From Octopus vulgaris (Eukaryota), in assembly GCA_951406725.2 (NCBI GenBank), contig OX597815.1, positions 172,794,001 to 172,858,000 on the forward strand: DNA of 64,000 nt. Direction: 5' to 3'. Positions 40,566 through 53,987 of the stretch are shown here, one piece after another; position 1 is the stretch's first letter, and each line of letters starts with the position of its first letter. Both the position numbers and the translations under genes were made by a program. A model generated the notes under the pieces. It was not told the DNA's origin. It searched no databases and worked only from the letters and a program-made list of their open reading frames with translations.

Positions 40566-40819
40566 ATAAATAAAAATAATGCACTCTTTTAAAGCCTAGC
40601 CAGGCTCATGGGCTCGGTTTCAATGGCGTATGTGTTCCTCAGCTGGACGGGACGCCAGTCCATCACAGCGTTACTTATTTTTGCCAGCTGAGTGGACTGG
40701 AGCAACATGAAATGAAGTGCTTTGCTCAAGAACACAACGCGTCGCCCGGTCCAGGAATCGAAACAAAAATCTTACGATCATGATGCTGACACCCTAACCA
40801 CTAAGCCACACGCCTCCAC
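40566..40819 (-). mobile_element. Young tRNA-derived SINE with 16-bp target-site duplication
   Basis: A-box (tggcttagtgg) and B-box-like (gtttcgattcc) motifs on the minus strand, CpG-rich. TSD taattaggatttcata (40550-40565) / taattatgatttcata (40820-40835). Confidence 0.9.
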
Positions 40820-41756
40820 TAATTATGATTTCATACATAGATACAATGTCTTAAATTTATAGATGAAAAAATAGAGTTTGCAATGATCATTGCTTTTCCC
40901 AAAAGTATAAAGATATAGGAAGTAGTTTTATTTGAGAATGAAAACTGGATCACTAATTCAAGAACTTACAGCCTACACTCCAATAGGACATAAAGAGCTA
41001 ACTATCTTGCCTATACATGCTATAATACAATGTCCATTATTTCAACAACACCTATAATGATAACATAATGACAATGGTAACAGCTGTAATAATAACTATT
41101 ATTATATTTCAAGGATAACAATCATACAAGACCAAAATATCAATAATGATAAACATAAGAATTAAGATGATAACAACAGCAATGTTTTTTTTGTTTGTTT
41201 GTTTTCACATTGGCATAAGGGGTCAAGTCATATGAGTAGTACTTATTTAGGGATTGTTAAAGTGATGAAATGAAGAGGAAATAATCCAAATGCAGCAAAG
41301 TATTTAGTCCAGAATTCTACGAATTCTGTCACTCCACCAAAAATAAAAATTTAAAAATATTTATAATAATCTTGTAATAATAATAATAATAATAATAAGT
41401 ACAAAGCCTATGATTTGCAATGAAGGAGGAAATGAAAAAATTTAATAATCATCCTTTTCCAAATAAAATCAAATGATTCCAGTTAGAAATTGAAATTAAT
41501 ATGTGTGCATGTTTCACCAGGAGCCTACTTATACATGGCAGACCTTGCTAATATTTACAACAATAATAATTTCTTAAGTGATCATATATTTGTAAGCGAT
41601 GAATATAATTGAATCAACCCTAGTGTATGATTGACATATATTTTCTCAACTCCAGAAAGAAGAAAGATTGGGGTTTGAACTTAGCACAAAGAAAGGTACA
41701 ACTAAATACTTTTAATCATTAAATTATTCCCATCATTCTACTATTTATATAATAAT

Positions 41757-42484
41757 TCTTTCTACTGGAAGCATAAGACCTCAAATTTGGGTGAAGGGAT
41801 TAGGTTGATTACATCAACCCCAGCACATAACTGGTACTTATTTAATCGACCCTGAAAGGATGAAAGGCAAAATACCTTTTACTGTCGTCTTAACATCAAA
41901 CTATCATCTTATAATCAAATTACTTTTAGAACAAACTTCTTATCTACTTATGTTTTGACAAACATTTTCTAGAACAAAACTCTGTGAAAAACCAAATACA
42001 TGGCACCCTAGTCATAACACCAACTTGAACTTCTAACTTGTTGTCTTTTGAGGTCTCTGAGTGGGTCTTCGAGTCAACTTGTATAAATACAAAGCAAAAG
42101 CCAAACAAATAATAATAATAATAAAAGACAAAATTGCAAGAATGTGGGCAATGAGTAGAGTAATTGTTATCTCAGGAGTTGTAGAGGCATTTGGAGCACT
42201 AACAACCAGGTTCAAGAAATATGTTGGAGAAATTGGAATTGATATGAGGGCAGAGTAGACCCAAAAAACTGCTCCACTGAGGACAGCTAGGTTTTTGAGA
42301 TTGGTGCTTGGGTGTTAAATGTCTTCCAAAATAAGTGAACACCCAAGTCCCAAAGCTTATAATTTGCAGAAAGAGACTCTGTGAGACCTCTGACAACAGG
42401 TTGCTGTCCACTCTCACAGAATAAACCAGAGCAAGTAAAACTGAGAGCTTTGAGAAGTAAAATAACAGAAACAACAACAACAAC

Positions 42485-42515
<31 letters not shown>

Positions 42516-42993
42516 GTTTTCAAATTTTAGCACAGAGCTAGCAATTTTGAGGGGAGAGAAAGGTTGCTTACATCAACCCCAATACTTAAAAAGTACTTCA
42601 TTTTATCAGCCCTGAAAGGATGAAAGGCAAAGTTGACCTCAGTAGAATTTAAGCCCAGAACATAAAGATGGATGAGATACCACTAAACATTTTGCCTGTC
42701 ATGCTAAAGATTCTGCCAGCTCACTACCTTCAGGCTGCTCTCACAGAATCAACCAGAGCGAACAAGATTGAGCACTCTGAGAAGTAAAACAATAATAATA
42801 ATAATAATTCTTTCTAATTTTGGCACAAAGCCAGCAATTTTTTAGAGGAAGGGATAAGACAATTACATTGACCCCAGTGCTCCAGTGGTACTTTTATTTT
42901 ATCAGCAGTATTTGAACTCAAAATATAAAGAGACAGAAGAAATGCTACGAAGCATTTTGATTGGTCTAGTATCAATTCTACCAGCATGCTGCC

Positions 42994-43052
<59 letters not shown>

Positions 43053-43265
43053 CCTTTCTACTAAAGGCACAAGGACTCAAATTTGGGGGAAGAAGACTAG
43101 TCATTTACATCAACTCCAGTGTTTCACTGGTACTTAGTTTGTGGGCCCCGAAAGGACGAAAGGCAAAGTTGACCTTGGCGGAATTTGAACTCAGAACATA
43201 AAGACAGACAAAATGCCACTGAGCATTTTGCCTGGTGCACTAATGATTCAGCCAGCTCACCACCC

Positions 43266-43332
<67 letters not shown>

Positions 43333-43700
43333 TGATATCATAAGAATTTATAAACTTTTGAGAGAGAGTGAAATATTTATTTTTTTGTTTTTGGAGTATT
43401 TGCTCTTGAGGCACATCACATTAAGCTATAAATAATAGCATGTAGATATTGGATTGAAAAACCCCTTTTGGATAGAAAAAGTGAAAGACTGCCACTGGGA
43501 CTTGAACCCACATTGCTTACATACATGACAGCCTTTGACATTTTCTAAATCCACCCTGAAAGGATGAAAGGCAAAGTCAACCTCAGCAAAGATGGGCAAA
43601 AAAGCTGCAAAGCATTTTGCCCGGCATGCTAATGATTCTACCTGCTGGTTTCTAATTTAAGTGCAAGGCCAGCAATTTTTGAGAGAGGAGGATTAGTCTA
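41757..43700 (-). mobile_element. Cluster of about 5 family B SINE copies or fragments in (AAT)n arrays
   Basis: Copies at ~41757-41875, 42515-42730, 42808-42995, 43052-43265 and 43550-43700, all in the same orientation. Confidence 0.85.
42120..42470 (+). mobile_element. R4/Dong-like LINE C-terminus and 3' UTR
   Basis: KDKIARMWAMSRVIVISGVVEAFGAL...*TQKTAPLRTARFLRLVLG, then a UTR ending in (AAC/AAT)n. Confidence 0.75.
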
Positions 43701-45209
43701 TTAATAATAATGATAGAAAAAACATCTTCATTTGGACCCTAAATATTTCACAATTTGATGCATTTCTTTTCTTCAGCGATACAATTGTAACTAGTATATG
43801 TAACAAGACAGCTTAGATAAATAAGTAAATAAATAAAATCAATTAACAAATATTGCTTTTTCTAATGTAATTATTATTATTATCAATACTATTGTTATGA
43901 TGATAACAAAATGAAATTTAAAATTTAATAATTTAAACTGCATTTACCGAATAGTTGTAAATAAACTGAAAAGTAACAATCCCTATCTCAAACCAAATTA
44001 CAAAACATCTTAAAACATTTACAGACTTCTTTCCCCTTTTAATAACATACTTTGTATTATAAAATTCAACCTTGACCAAAATATGGTCCCACTAAATCAA
44101 AGAAATTAAACAAAATACTTTATTTTATAAGTGCTTTCATCAATATATTAGAGCACAAATTTATAATTAATCTAATCATTTCCATTTGAATAACTATCAT
44201 GCATTTTTTTTTTAAATACATGATTTTCAAAACATAACTACATTCATATCTTTTTCTTTACATCAGTCTAACTTTTAAACTAAAATTAGAACTTGGTGAA
44301 GGGGGAGCATTATTTAAAATTTATTTCATTATGAAATTCCGACAGAGAAGAAAGGAAGGAGGGAGAGAAGGAAGGAAGGAGGGAAAGAAACAGGGAGGGA
44401 GGGAGAGAGGGAGGGAGATATAGATGTATAGTTCATAGATTTACACAAATTTCATGAAGAATTAAGTAAAATTGACTTGTTCACTATAATTATACTGTCC
44501 ATATTGCACCAAGTCATAACTGTACTGAACTGTTTGGGAGTTCTAATTTTCATTGGAACTAAAATGACATACTTTCAATGAAATCGCAATAACACACACA
44601 CATACACATGCACAGAACAACATACAAAATCTGCAGAGGTTGATGGCTGTGAGCAAACTGCAGTAAATAACAAAAATAATGACTATTTTCCTTTTTTTTC
44701 TTTTTTTTCTCCTTTTGCTGTTAATGCCTTCAGCTCTGCAGAACATGACAAATAGGATAGTATAATGTTTGTGCCTTTCTTAATTGCATTAGCAGCATAA
44801 TTGAGGTGAAATAGCTTCATCTTAGAATCAAAACTGGGTCAAAGACATAGCTTGCAGGGAGCATATTGCTTATTCTATGATGCTTTCCATAATAATAACA
44901 AATGCAATCCAATGATAATTTTTTATTATTAATTTTTTAATTTTTTTTAAATTTTTATTTACATTGATACCAGGCAGAAATTTATAGGAGAGGAAAATAC
45001 TAAAGAGAATGAAACCAAGTAGGGGTCTGATACTTATTTTATTAGCTTCCAATGAGATGAAATGTAAAAGTTAATAACACTAGTGAACTCTGTACGTATG
45101 GGAAGAAAACTAAATTCTTGAAGACATTTAGTCTGGTGCTTTACTGTTTTTGCCTCACCATGAACCATTTATAAAAAGAGAGGTGATGGTGAGGAAGGGG
45201 AGGAGGGTG

Positions 45210-45320
45210 AGAAGAAGAAGAAGAAGAAGAAGAAGAAGACGACAAGGAAGAAGAAGATGACAACGAAGAAGAAGAACAACAACAACAACAACGACGATGA
45301 CAACAACAACAACAAACAAC
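45210..45320. repeat. Compound (GAA)n/(GAC)/(CAA)n triplet repeat
   Basis: Direct inspection. Confidence 0.9.
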
Positions 45321-45759
45321 TATAGCAACAACCAATATGGAGATATCAAATTGCCTGAAATTGCTTTGGAATGGAACATAAAATTCAATCCAAATAATTA
45401 AAGAATGGATTCTATATGAACAACGAAAGAGGAAAAGTGAAACGAAAAGAACAGACTGTAAGGATAACAGTAAGACAAAAGCATCAGACTCCAATATGTG
45501 AGGAATATTAACAATAAAAGAAACAGCAGTAGATATGACATTAAAGTAGCAATGCTCATTTTGTAACAAAACATTAGGGAGCGGAGTGCAACGTTAGCTT
45601 ACACCAATCAAATGGCTTAACACACTCGAATAGACAACTTGTTAATCTAAATCAATAATTTTATATATAATTTTAAACAAATAGTGTCTGTTCTTGGAGC
45701 AAATACATAAATGCTTCATACATTTACCATTATATATATACCACCATACACACCTATAC

Positions 45760-45820
<61 letters not shown>

Positions 45821-46304
45821 CGTGTATATATATATATACAGATACATATTCATACACATGAGCACATATGTAGATATATACACATAACCAAAAATGAGAA
45901 ATATTTAATTCATGTGTGTGTTTTCAGTGATGCAAACAGGAAAATAGAACTAAAAAAAAAAATGAGTATATGTTTGATTATCAATAAATACACACACACA
46001 CACACACCATATATACATACATACATGAAAAGGAGAATGAGAGAGATCTTATTGAAACTGACACAACTGAGTATGAAAAATATAATTCATATATATATTT
46101 TATGTGTATGTATGTGTATGTGTATGTATGTGTGTGTGTGTATGTATGTGTATAGGTATACATGATGATGATGAGGAGGATGGTATATATATGCACACAC
46201 ATACATATATGTGTAAATACATGTATATATATATACATATTAGGAGTCCATTGATGTGATCAATTACTGCTCCTACAAACATACTATGTATGCATGAATG
46301 TATG

Positions 46305-46374
<70 letters not shown>

Positions 46375-46643
46375 AAACACACATATGTGTGTGCATGTAT
46401 GTATATTTGTGTGTGAGTGTATGCACATATATACACATGAAAGGGAGAATAAGAAAGAGAGAGAGAGACAGAGAGAGATCTTATACTAACTGACAATACA
46501 GTAGATTTGACAGATGAAAGTAACCAGACACACATGGATGATGCACACAAGATGTAGTCAATCAAAGCAACACGACTGGTATGACTGCAATAAACACAAA
46601 TGCCATTTTCAATGTTGATCCATGTTTCAACAGCACACCTATG

Positions 46644-46668
46644 ATCATCATCATCATCATCATCATAC

Positions 46669-46712
<44 letters not shown>
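46644..46712. repeat. (CAT)n microsatellite
   Basis: Direct inspection. Confidence 0.95.
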
Positions 46713-46713
<1 letters not shown>

Positions 46714-46952
46714 ATACCAGTAACAGCAACAACTACAACAGTAACGGTTCAGTGTTCAGCTGCTATTAATTGTTTTTGCTATTTGTGTGTGTGTGTGTGT
46801 GTGTGAGTGTGTGTGTATACATAGACTTTTCCACTCGGGCATTTTGGAAATGCAGTGAAATCAAACTGAAATGTCTGAAGATTGATAGGATAGACAGAAA
46901 AATGGAGAAAAATAAAATGATGCTTTTGCAACATCTCTGAATAAGAAGTCTG

Positions 46953-46996
<44 letters not shown>

Positions 46997-48061
46997 CGTG
47001 CACACACAGAGAAAGAGAGTAGGAGAATGAATGAAGGGGCAATTAAAAAAATTTTGTATGTGCCATTGATCATTTCACTTAAACACACAGATTTATTTCC
47101 ACAGCTACAAACATACATCATATTATATTATGGTGTATGAGTGATCACAATCGACACAAAATAGAAAACCGAAGGAAATAATCATCTGTGGTATTAGAAA
47201 AACGCAAAGAGATGAAATAAGACAAAATATTGAATCACCTAAAAATTACACCCACCCTATCTTTTTTTTTCTTTTTTGTTTTGTAAATGCTTATAATTAA
47301 CAAAGAATTTATATCCTGTAGTAAATCTGTTTGGAAATCAGGTGTTTTTTTTTTTCTTTTTCTTTTTTTCTAAGGCTATCACTAGGTCTCTCTTACTTCA
47401 GCATGATAAATCAAATGACATAGAACAGATGCAAGGAGGTGACTTGCAGCCACTGCTGTAATTGCTTCTTTTTTTTTTTTTTTTTAAAGAGTTAACAGTA
47501 TGTTTAGGTTTTGCAGATAGAGATAATGCTCTTACCTGACTAGAAAGGACACACTAGAATTGCGAATGACTTGCCAATATCAATCACATTGTGTTAAGAG
47601 CTTTACCAATACAGAGGCATATTCAACAATACCATTCTTACCTTTCAATAACAAATCAATAACTGTCTTTCACTGCCTGAGTAAATATACCTAATGCTAG
47701 AAATTGAGAACATATACACAGACACACAGACATGCACGCACGCACACACACACATACACACACACACACATGCAGACACAGAGAGATACACATACACACT
47801 CACATATACAGACGTACACATACATACCCAATGATTGCATCACAGATAGTGGCAGTCATTTACAGTGTATGAGATCAGTAGAAGATGCAGAAAGATTTGG
47901 AGGAGAAAGAGATGTGGGGAAAATATTAGGTGGAACGAATGCAAATGGATGGTGAAAAAAATGTTCAAAAGACCTTATTATTATAGAAAAATTACAGATG
48001 GAAGAAATAGAAGATGTTGCACTTCTCAGAATCATTAAAATGTTTGATTATAATAGACTAC

Positions 48062-48350
<289 letters not shown>

Positions 48351-48603
48351 ATACACATACACACACACATACATATACGTGCATACACACACATGAACAT
48401 GTATATAAATATATATATGTTTACACACACATATATATATGTACATACAGAGCTAAATATATATACCTATACATTTATATAGATCTACCTATACAACCAA
48501 TATATACATACATGTATATATATACCTGTGATGTGTATATATATATATTTATAGTCATACAGAGAACATTACAGAACCATTTGAATTTTTTTATTTCTTA
48601 TAA

Positions 48604-48655
<52 letters not shown>

Positions 48656-49699
48656 TTGTGTATGTGTGTATGTGTATACTTGTATGTATGTATAATTACT
48701 TGGAGGACATTTCATATTTAAGAGAGGTCAAATGTAAATCAACTGTATAATTTATACTGAAACATGACAGAGAATAGGGAGAGTGATATTGAGAAATCAT
48801 GGCAGGATTAGGGAGGAGAGAAAGGGGAGGAAAGGTCAAATTTTGTGGAATGTGTCATCAAGTATCTTTTTAAGGAGGAAATGAAAGAGTGTATCAGTAA
48901 GAAGGTTAAAAAAAGGGAATGAAACAGCCTTTACCCCTGAAACTCAAACTGACTTAAAAAAATGGAGATTAAAAAAAGAAAGAAGCAATGATACATACGT
49001 GAGTGAGCGGCTGTGAACAAGAGACTGAGGGAGAGAGAGAGTAAGAGACAGATAGATATATAGCCCTGCACCAATACAAGATGTTGTGCTTCTCACTTGA
49101 GCAATATTGATAAACACACACACGCACACAAGAAAGAAGATGCACAGGAAAGAGACAGGCAGAGCAGAGATACAGAAGAAAGATAGAAACAGTGAAAGAA
49201 TTACTGTAGAGCAGCAGTGAAGGGGAGACAAGAGAGGAACTGGTAGTGGTGGCACACCCAAAGGAGGAACTGAGTAGCAGAGACAATGAAAGAAGAATAA
49301 CAATCATAAGAATAATGAAAAATAATGGTAAAAAAAAATGAAAAGGTGGGTGGGGTAGACAAAAAGGGAAAATGAATGAAAATATATACACATATAATTG
49401 TGTATGTGTGTGTGTGTGTGTGTGTGCGTTTCTGCCTATATCTGCATGCGGATGCTTATGAGTATATGTATATTCATGTAGATGTGTATATGTCATGTAC
49501 ACATGCATACACATACACATAAGCACACACTTACATAAACAGTCACACATAAACACATACAAATGAATATATGTCTATTTGTGTGTATAAATCAGAGAAC
49601 AAAACAGAAGGAAAAAAAGCCATCTTCCAATTGTAGCAATTTACAGCTGTGCTTATGACAAGCAGCACATGATGGTAAAGATTGCATTTTAGTAGATGC

Positions 49700-49760
49700 T
49701 TATAGCGCCGGTAACTAATTGACGTCACATTGATTTTTTTTTTCTTTGTGACGTAAACTA
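49700..49760. promoter_or_regulatory. Paired CRE/ATF-type sites in a unique CpG-retaining island
   Basis: Perfect TGACGTCA at 49720-49727, TGACGTAA at 49749-49756 and gcgccgg at ~49705. Confidence 0.4.
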
Positions 49761-50539
49761 GCAATGAAAAACAAATAATATAATAAACAAACAAAACATG
49801 ACTACTGAAGGAAAAGAGCCAAGAGACAGTGTTTTCGTAACAATAACAGTAGTACGAGACACCTCCTTGACAACAATAAATGGTGAAACAGTATCTGCAT
49901 AGATGGATTGGGGATGTAGTTTTGGGTTATCTAAGGACAGAGGTGTAACAATCCTCAGAATATGACTGTATATAGCAATCCTCTGTAATGATGTAATGCT
50001 AGAATAACCTAAGAATAATCCATAGAAATAACAATCAGACACTGAGCAATGATGCAATGAAAAGAGATTGTTGTCTAGACACTACTTTTTCGGTTTTTAT
50101 TTATTTTTTTTTTTTTTGGTTATTCATTTAAAGATTTTGTTTGTTTTTCTGTGGATAATTTTCTCACAATCCATTTTACTATCATCATTCAGATAATTTT
50201 TCACAACACAATTTAATGACACTTAAAAAGGAAAAATATTAAAAAATGAGTGAAAGAATAAAGAAATTTCTTCATCATTATATTCAATACACACACACAG
50301 ATGGTAATTGTTCATAGTAGAGAGCTACCACTAGTTCTCCCAGAATGCAATTGATTAAAGCCATAGATGGAGAATGTTTCAATTGTTCGAAATGTTTTTT
50401 TTTGTTTTGTTTTTTTTCTAAGCAGGTTAAAGTTTTGATGAAAAAAATAATAATATAGTTTCATGAAATAATTGGTACTGGAAAACAAACAGAAGTCATT
50501 GGATGTGATTTAAAATTATCATTATCGTTATCATCATTA

Positions 50540-51210
50540 TTAAAGCAACAAGCTAGAATCATTAGACCATCAGAGAACATGTTTTGTGGTATTTGTTCCA
50601 GCTCTTTACTTCTTTACTTTCTGAGATCAAAATACTGCTGAGGTTAATTTTGCCTTTCATCCTTTGAGGTTGATAAAACCAAGTATTGGTCAAGTACTAA
50701 GGTTGATTTCAGATTTTGGCATAAGGCCAGCAATTTTGGGGGAGGGGCAAGTTGATTGCATCAACTTCAGTACTTAGCTGGTACTTATTTTATCAACCCC
50801 AAAAGAATGAAGGATAAAGTCAACTTTGATAGCATTTGAATCCAAAATAAAAGACAGGCAAAATGTCACTAAATATTTTGCCCGATGTACTAATGATTTT
50901 GCCAGCTCACCACCTAGTCAAGTACTAAAAGGTTGATCATATTAACCCTGTCCCCTCCAAATTGCTGGCCTTGTGCCTACAATTAGAAACCATTTATTTC
51001 AGACAGAGAGCTGATAGAATTGTTAGAGCATCAGATAAAATGCTTGGCAGCATTTCTTCTGACTGTGTGTTCTGAGTTCAAATACTGTCAAAGTCAACTT
51101 TGCCTTTCTGAGGTCAATAAAATGAAGTGCCAATTAAGTAATGAGTCGATGTAATCAATTAACCCTCTCTCCTTAAAACTGCTAGCTTTTGCCAAAATCT
51201 GAAACAATCA
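50540..51210. mobile_element. Nested and adjacent family B SINEs (+ copy split by a - copy, then another + copy)
   Basis: Duplication gtcaagtactaa(aa)ggttgat at 50689-50707 and 50917-50937 flanks the inverted copy. Confidence 0.85.
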
Positions 51211-52056
51211 TATCAGGTAGCTCTCAAAAACACACACACATTCATGTATACATATATTTTTGCAGTATAACCATTAAAGTACACAGCATATTCTCAACAT
51301 ATCCTGAAAACAATGAACATTCTCTTACTAACAACTGAACTACAGATCAGATAAAAACAAATAGTTCTAAAATACTAAATTTCTAACAAGAAGTGAACCC
51401 ACCTCCTCTGATCTAATCTGTGTATATTCTAAATTAACACCAATGCTTGGAGATACCTAGATATACCTACTTGATATGATAATGATAACTATTTGTTCAT
51501 TCCACACAGTAGTATAATAAACACAAAGAATTACTTGACATTTTGAGAGCAGGTATCCATTAAAAGATAAAAAAAAATCTGATGAATTCTAGGAAGTTGT
51601 AACATTCATCCCTCTTCTAAAAACATAATCAGAGTAATTGAAATAGTTCAACCAGAAAGAAATCAAAACTGAAACAAAAACCCAGTTCACGAGGAGCTTA
51701 CCACCTATACTATGGTGCTTGCCAGACTTAATATAATATTAATAATTGTATAATTAATCATTCATAAAATCTATACCTCTTGTATTCTTTTAGGTAGTTA
51801 CTTGAAATGACCAGAGTGCCACCATAATATGCTATAGTTTTGAACTCTATATATGTAATGCAATTTCAATCTCAATTGCAGTTTTTACATGAACTAATTA
51901 CTAATCAGACTGTTTGTGAGGTAGAGTCACAAATAGTCTAAGTGATAGGATGTTGACTAACCCCTCCCAACATTAGCAGTTTGTAAAGCACAAATACTGT
52001 GCTTTGCCTCTGACAAATACTTGATTCTTAATAGCCCAACACTAGCAGCAAATAAA

Positions 52057-52132
52057 GGGGTATAAGCCATAAGGGGTATAAGCCATAGGGGTATAAGCCA
52101 TAGGGGTATAAGCCATAGGAGTATAAGCCATT
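52057..52132. repeat. 15-bp minisatellite, 5 copies (ggggtataagccata)
   Basis: Direct inspection. Confidence 0.95.
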
Positions 52133-52454
52133 CTTGGCAGGCTGCAAGATTAGTGGATAAATAAGTGATGAATGTTTTAATAATATGCAATGCTGAATTC
52201 AAACCCTTGGTGGGAAGATGTCTTTCAATTGTTCAAAGGCATAAACTCCAACAGGAGATGATGTAGGCTAAACCTCTGTGAGAAAAAGCTGAAGTACAAC
52301 CAATAGACATTGAATTAGACCCTTTTAAAACCAAATGTTGACCCAATCGCAAAAAAAATGAATGAATAAAACGTTGGTGGTGAATTGTAGACTTGCAGAG
52401 AACAACTCAAGTGTACAATCAACTCTATCTCTCACTCACACACACACACGCACA

Positions 52455-52510
<56 letters not shown>

Positions 52511-52951
52511 CTCACACACATACACACACAGAATTGGACTGTCAGCATAAAGTCTCTGAGTTCAAATGTACTGCAGTTGTTTTGGCTGTATTTCTGACAA
52601 GATATTTAATTCCACATTGCCTCAGTTTACTTATCTAGGGGGAAATATAGACCAGGCAATAATGAAAAGAATACAAGCAATAGACTAGTATTTTATCCAA
52701 TAGGAAGGGGGAATTTATCTTCCATCAACTTAACACTGCAGATAACAGAATTGGCTATCAGCCATATGGATCCTTATGATTTGTGTAAGTATTTGTGCAA
52801 GAATTAACAACACACACACATACACAGATATAAACTTAATATTATATATTTACAAGTACAACAGATATGGGATTTTACTCTTTTAGACAGTTCTGTTTGA
52901 TTTTCGATCTTGTACTAGTAAAGTTTATATTATATAAATTGTTAGTTGCCT

Positions 52952-52992
<41 letters not shown>

Positions 52993-52995
<3 letters not shown>

Positions 52996-53630
52996 TGTTT
53001 GACCAAAGCAGACACCAAGGTACCCATGTACACACAAGCACACATCCCTATAAGGCGGACATACACTCACCCCTATAAGGTGGACTACCTACAAGATAAA
53101 CTGCCTCCCCACCAACTTATACCCCTTCACACATATTGTACCTCCACATATACACAAATCCCCCACACACACATTACACACCCATGCTAACATAACCCAA
53201 CCCCCACAACATTATCCTTTATAGAAAGAAAACAGACCAATGGTCACAGCTCTATGTACCTACAAATTATACATATGACACCACTACACATACCACACAC
53301 CCCATCCCCACATTAATAATACACACTTTCCCCACTTCAAGATAATTCTTGCGGGCTTCACAGCATACCCAACCAAGGGACATAACTCCTAAACCAATCC
53401 CCTGACCCCTTTTTCATTCCATCACCTTTTTCACAACTGCTGACTGGTTGTGCTAATCCACTTCCACTTCTGACAATAGAAAGCAGTCAACATATTCCCT
53501 TCCATATAGGCTAACTCTGATGAGCATAAAGTTATATAATCTGTCTATTGCCTAACACTCCATTGTATTCTTTACGCGAAACCAACAGGCAAAACCAGCT
53601 GTGATGGATATTTAATACTATACAGTTTGG
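52993..53630 (+). mobile_element. Probable Penelope-like fragment with hammerhead core
   Basis: C/A-rich segment between (TA)n arrays containing CTGATGA-gcataaag...ctttacgc-GAAAC at 53517-53582. Confidence 0.45.
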
Positions 53631-53804
53631 ATAACATATATCTATATATATATAGATATATATATACACACACACACACACACATACGTGTGTGTATCTA
53701 TATCTCTTGCTCTTACTCTTTCTCTTTCCCTTTCTCTTTACCTCTCACTCTCTCTTTCTCTGTTTCCCTCTCTCTCTCTCTCTCTCTCTGGCTGTGTAGA
53801 GGCA

Positions 53805-53915
53805 CAGGTGTGGTTGTGTGGTAAAAAACTTGCTTCCCAACCACATGGTTTCAGGTTTAGTTCCACTGCATGGCATCTTGGGTAAGTGTCTCCTATTATA
53901 GCCTCGAGCAAACCA
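53805..53915 (+). mobile_element. Family A SINE head, truncated
   Basis: gtgtggttgtgtggtaaaaaacttgcttcccaaccacatggtttcagg...tatagcctcgagc. Confidence 0.85.
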
Positions 53916-53953
53916 TCCCTTCATGAGGTTAACACACTCTGTAATCAAATTTA

Positions 53954-53984
<31 letters not shown>

Positions 53985-53987
<3 letters not shown>

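Noticed and set aside
40740-40819. tRNA-like sequence with A/B boxes
   Set aside because: It is the head of a TSD-flanked SINE, not a stand-alone tRNA gene.
45141-45569. 142-aa ORF with poly-Cys/poly-Ser
   Set aside because: Derived from GAA/CAA triplet repeats.
46020-46500. Short local duplication (catgaaa.ggagaat...gagagagatcttat...actgaca) at ~46025 and ~46435
   Set aside because: Diverged duplication among microsatellites with no functional signal.
47537-47560. tgactagaaaggacacac resembles the miR-279 family seed
   Set aside because: No complementary arm forms a precursor hairpin.
47557-47585. agaattgcg...caatca partly resembles antisense miR-219
   Set aside because: The middle does not match and there is no hairpin.
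48944-49562. 119-aa and 197-aa minus-strand ORFs
   Set aside because: Low-complexity CT/CA-rich sequence with no recognisable domain, open in two frames because of composition.
52057-52132. Short direct repeats as a CRISPR array (also 31709-31779)
   Set aside because: No unique spacers, eukaryotic context and no cas genes.
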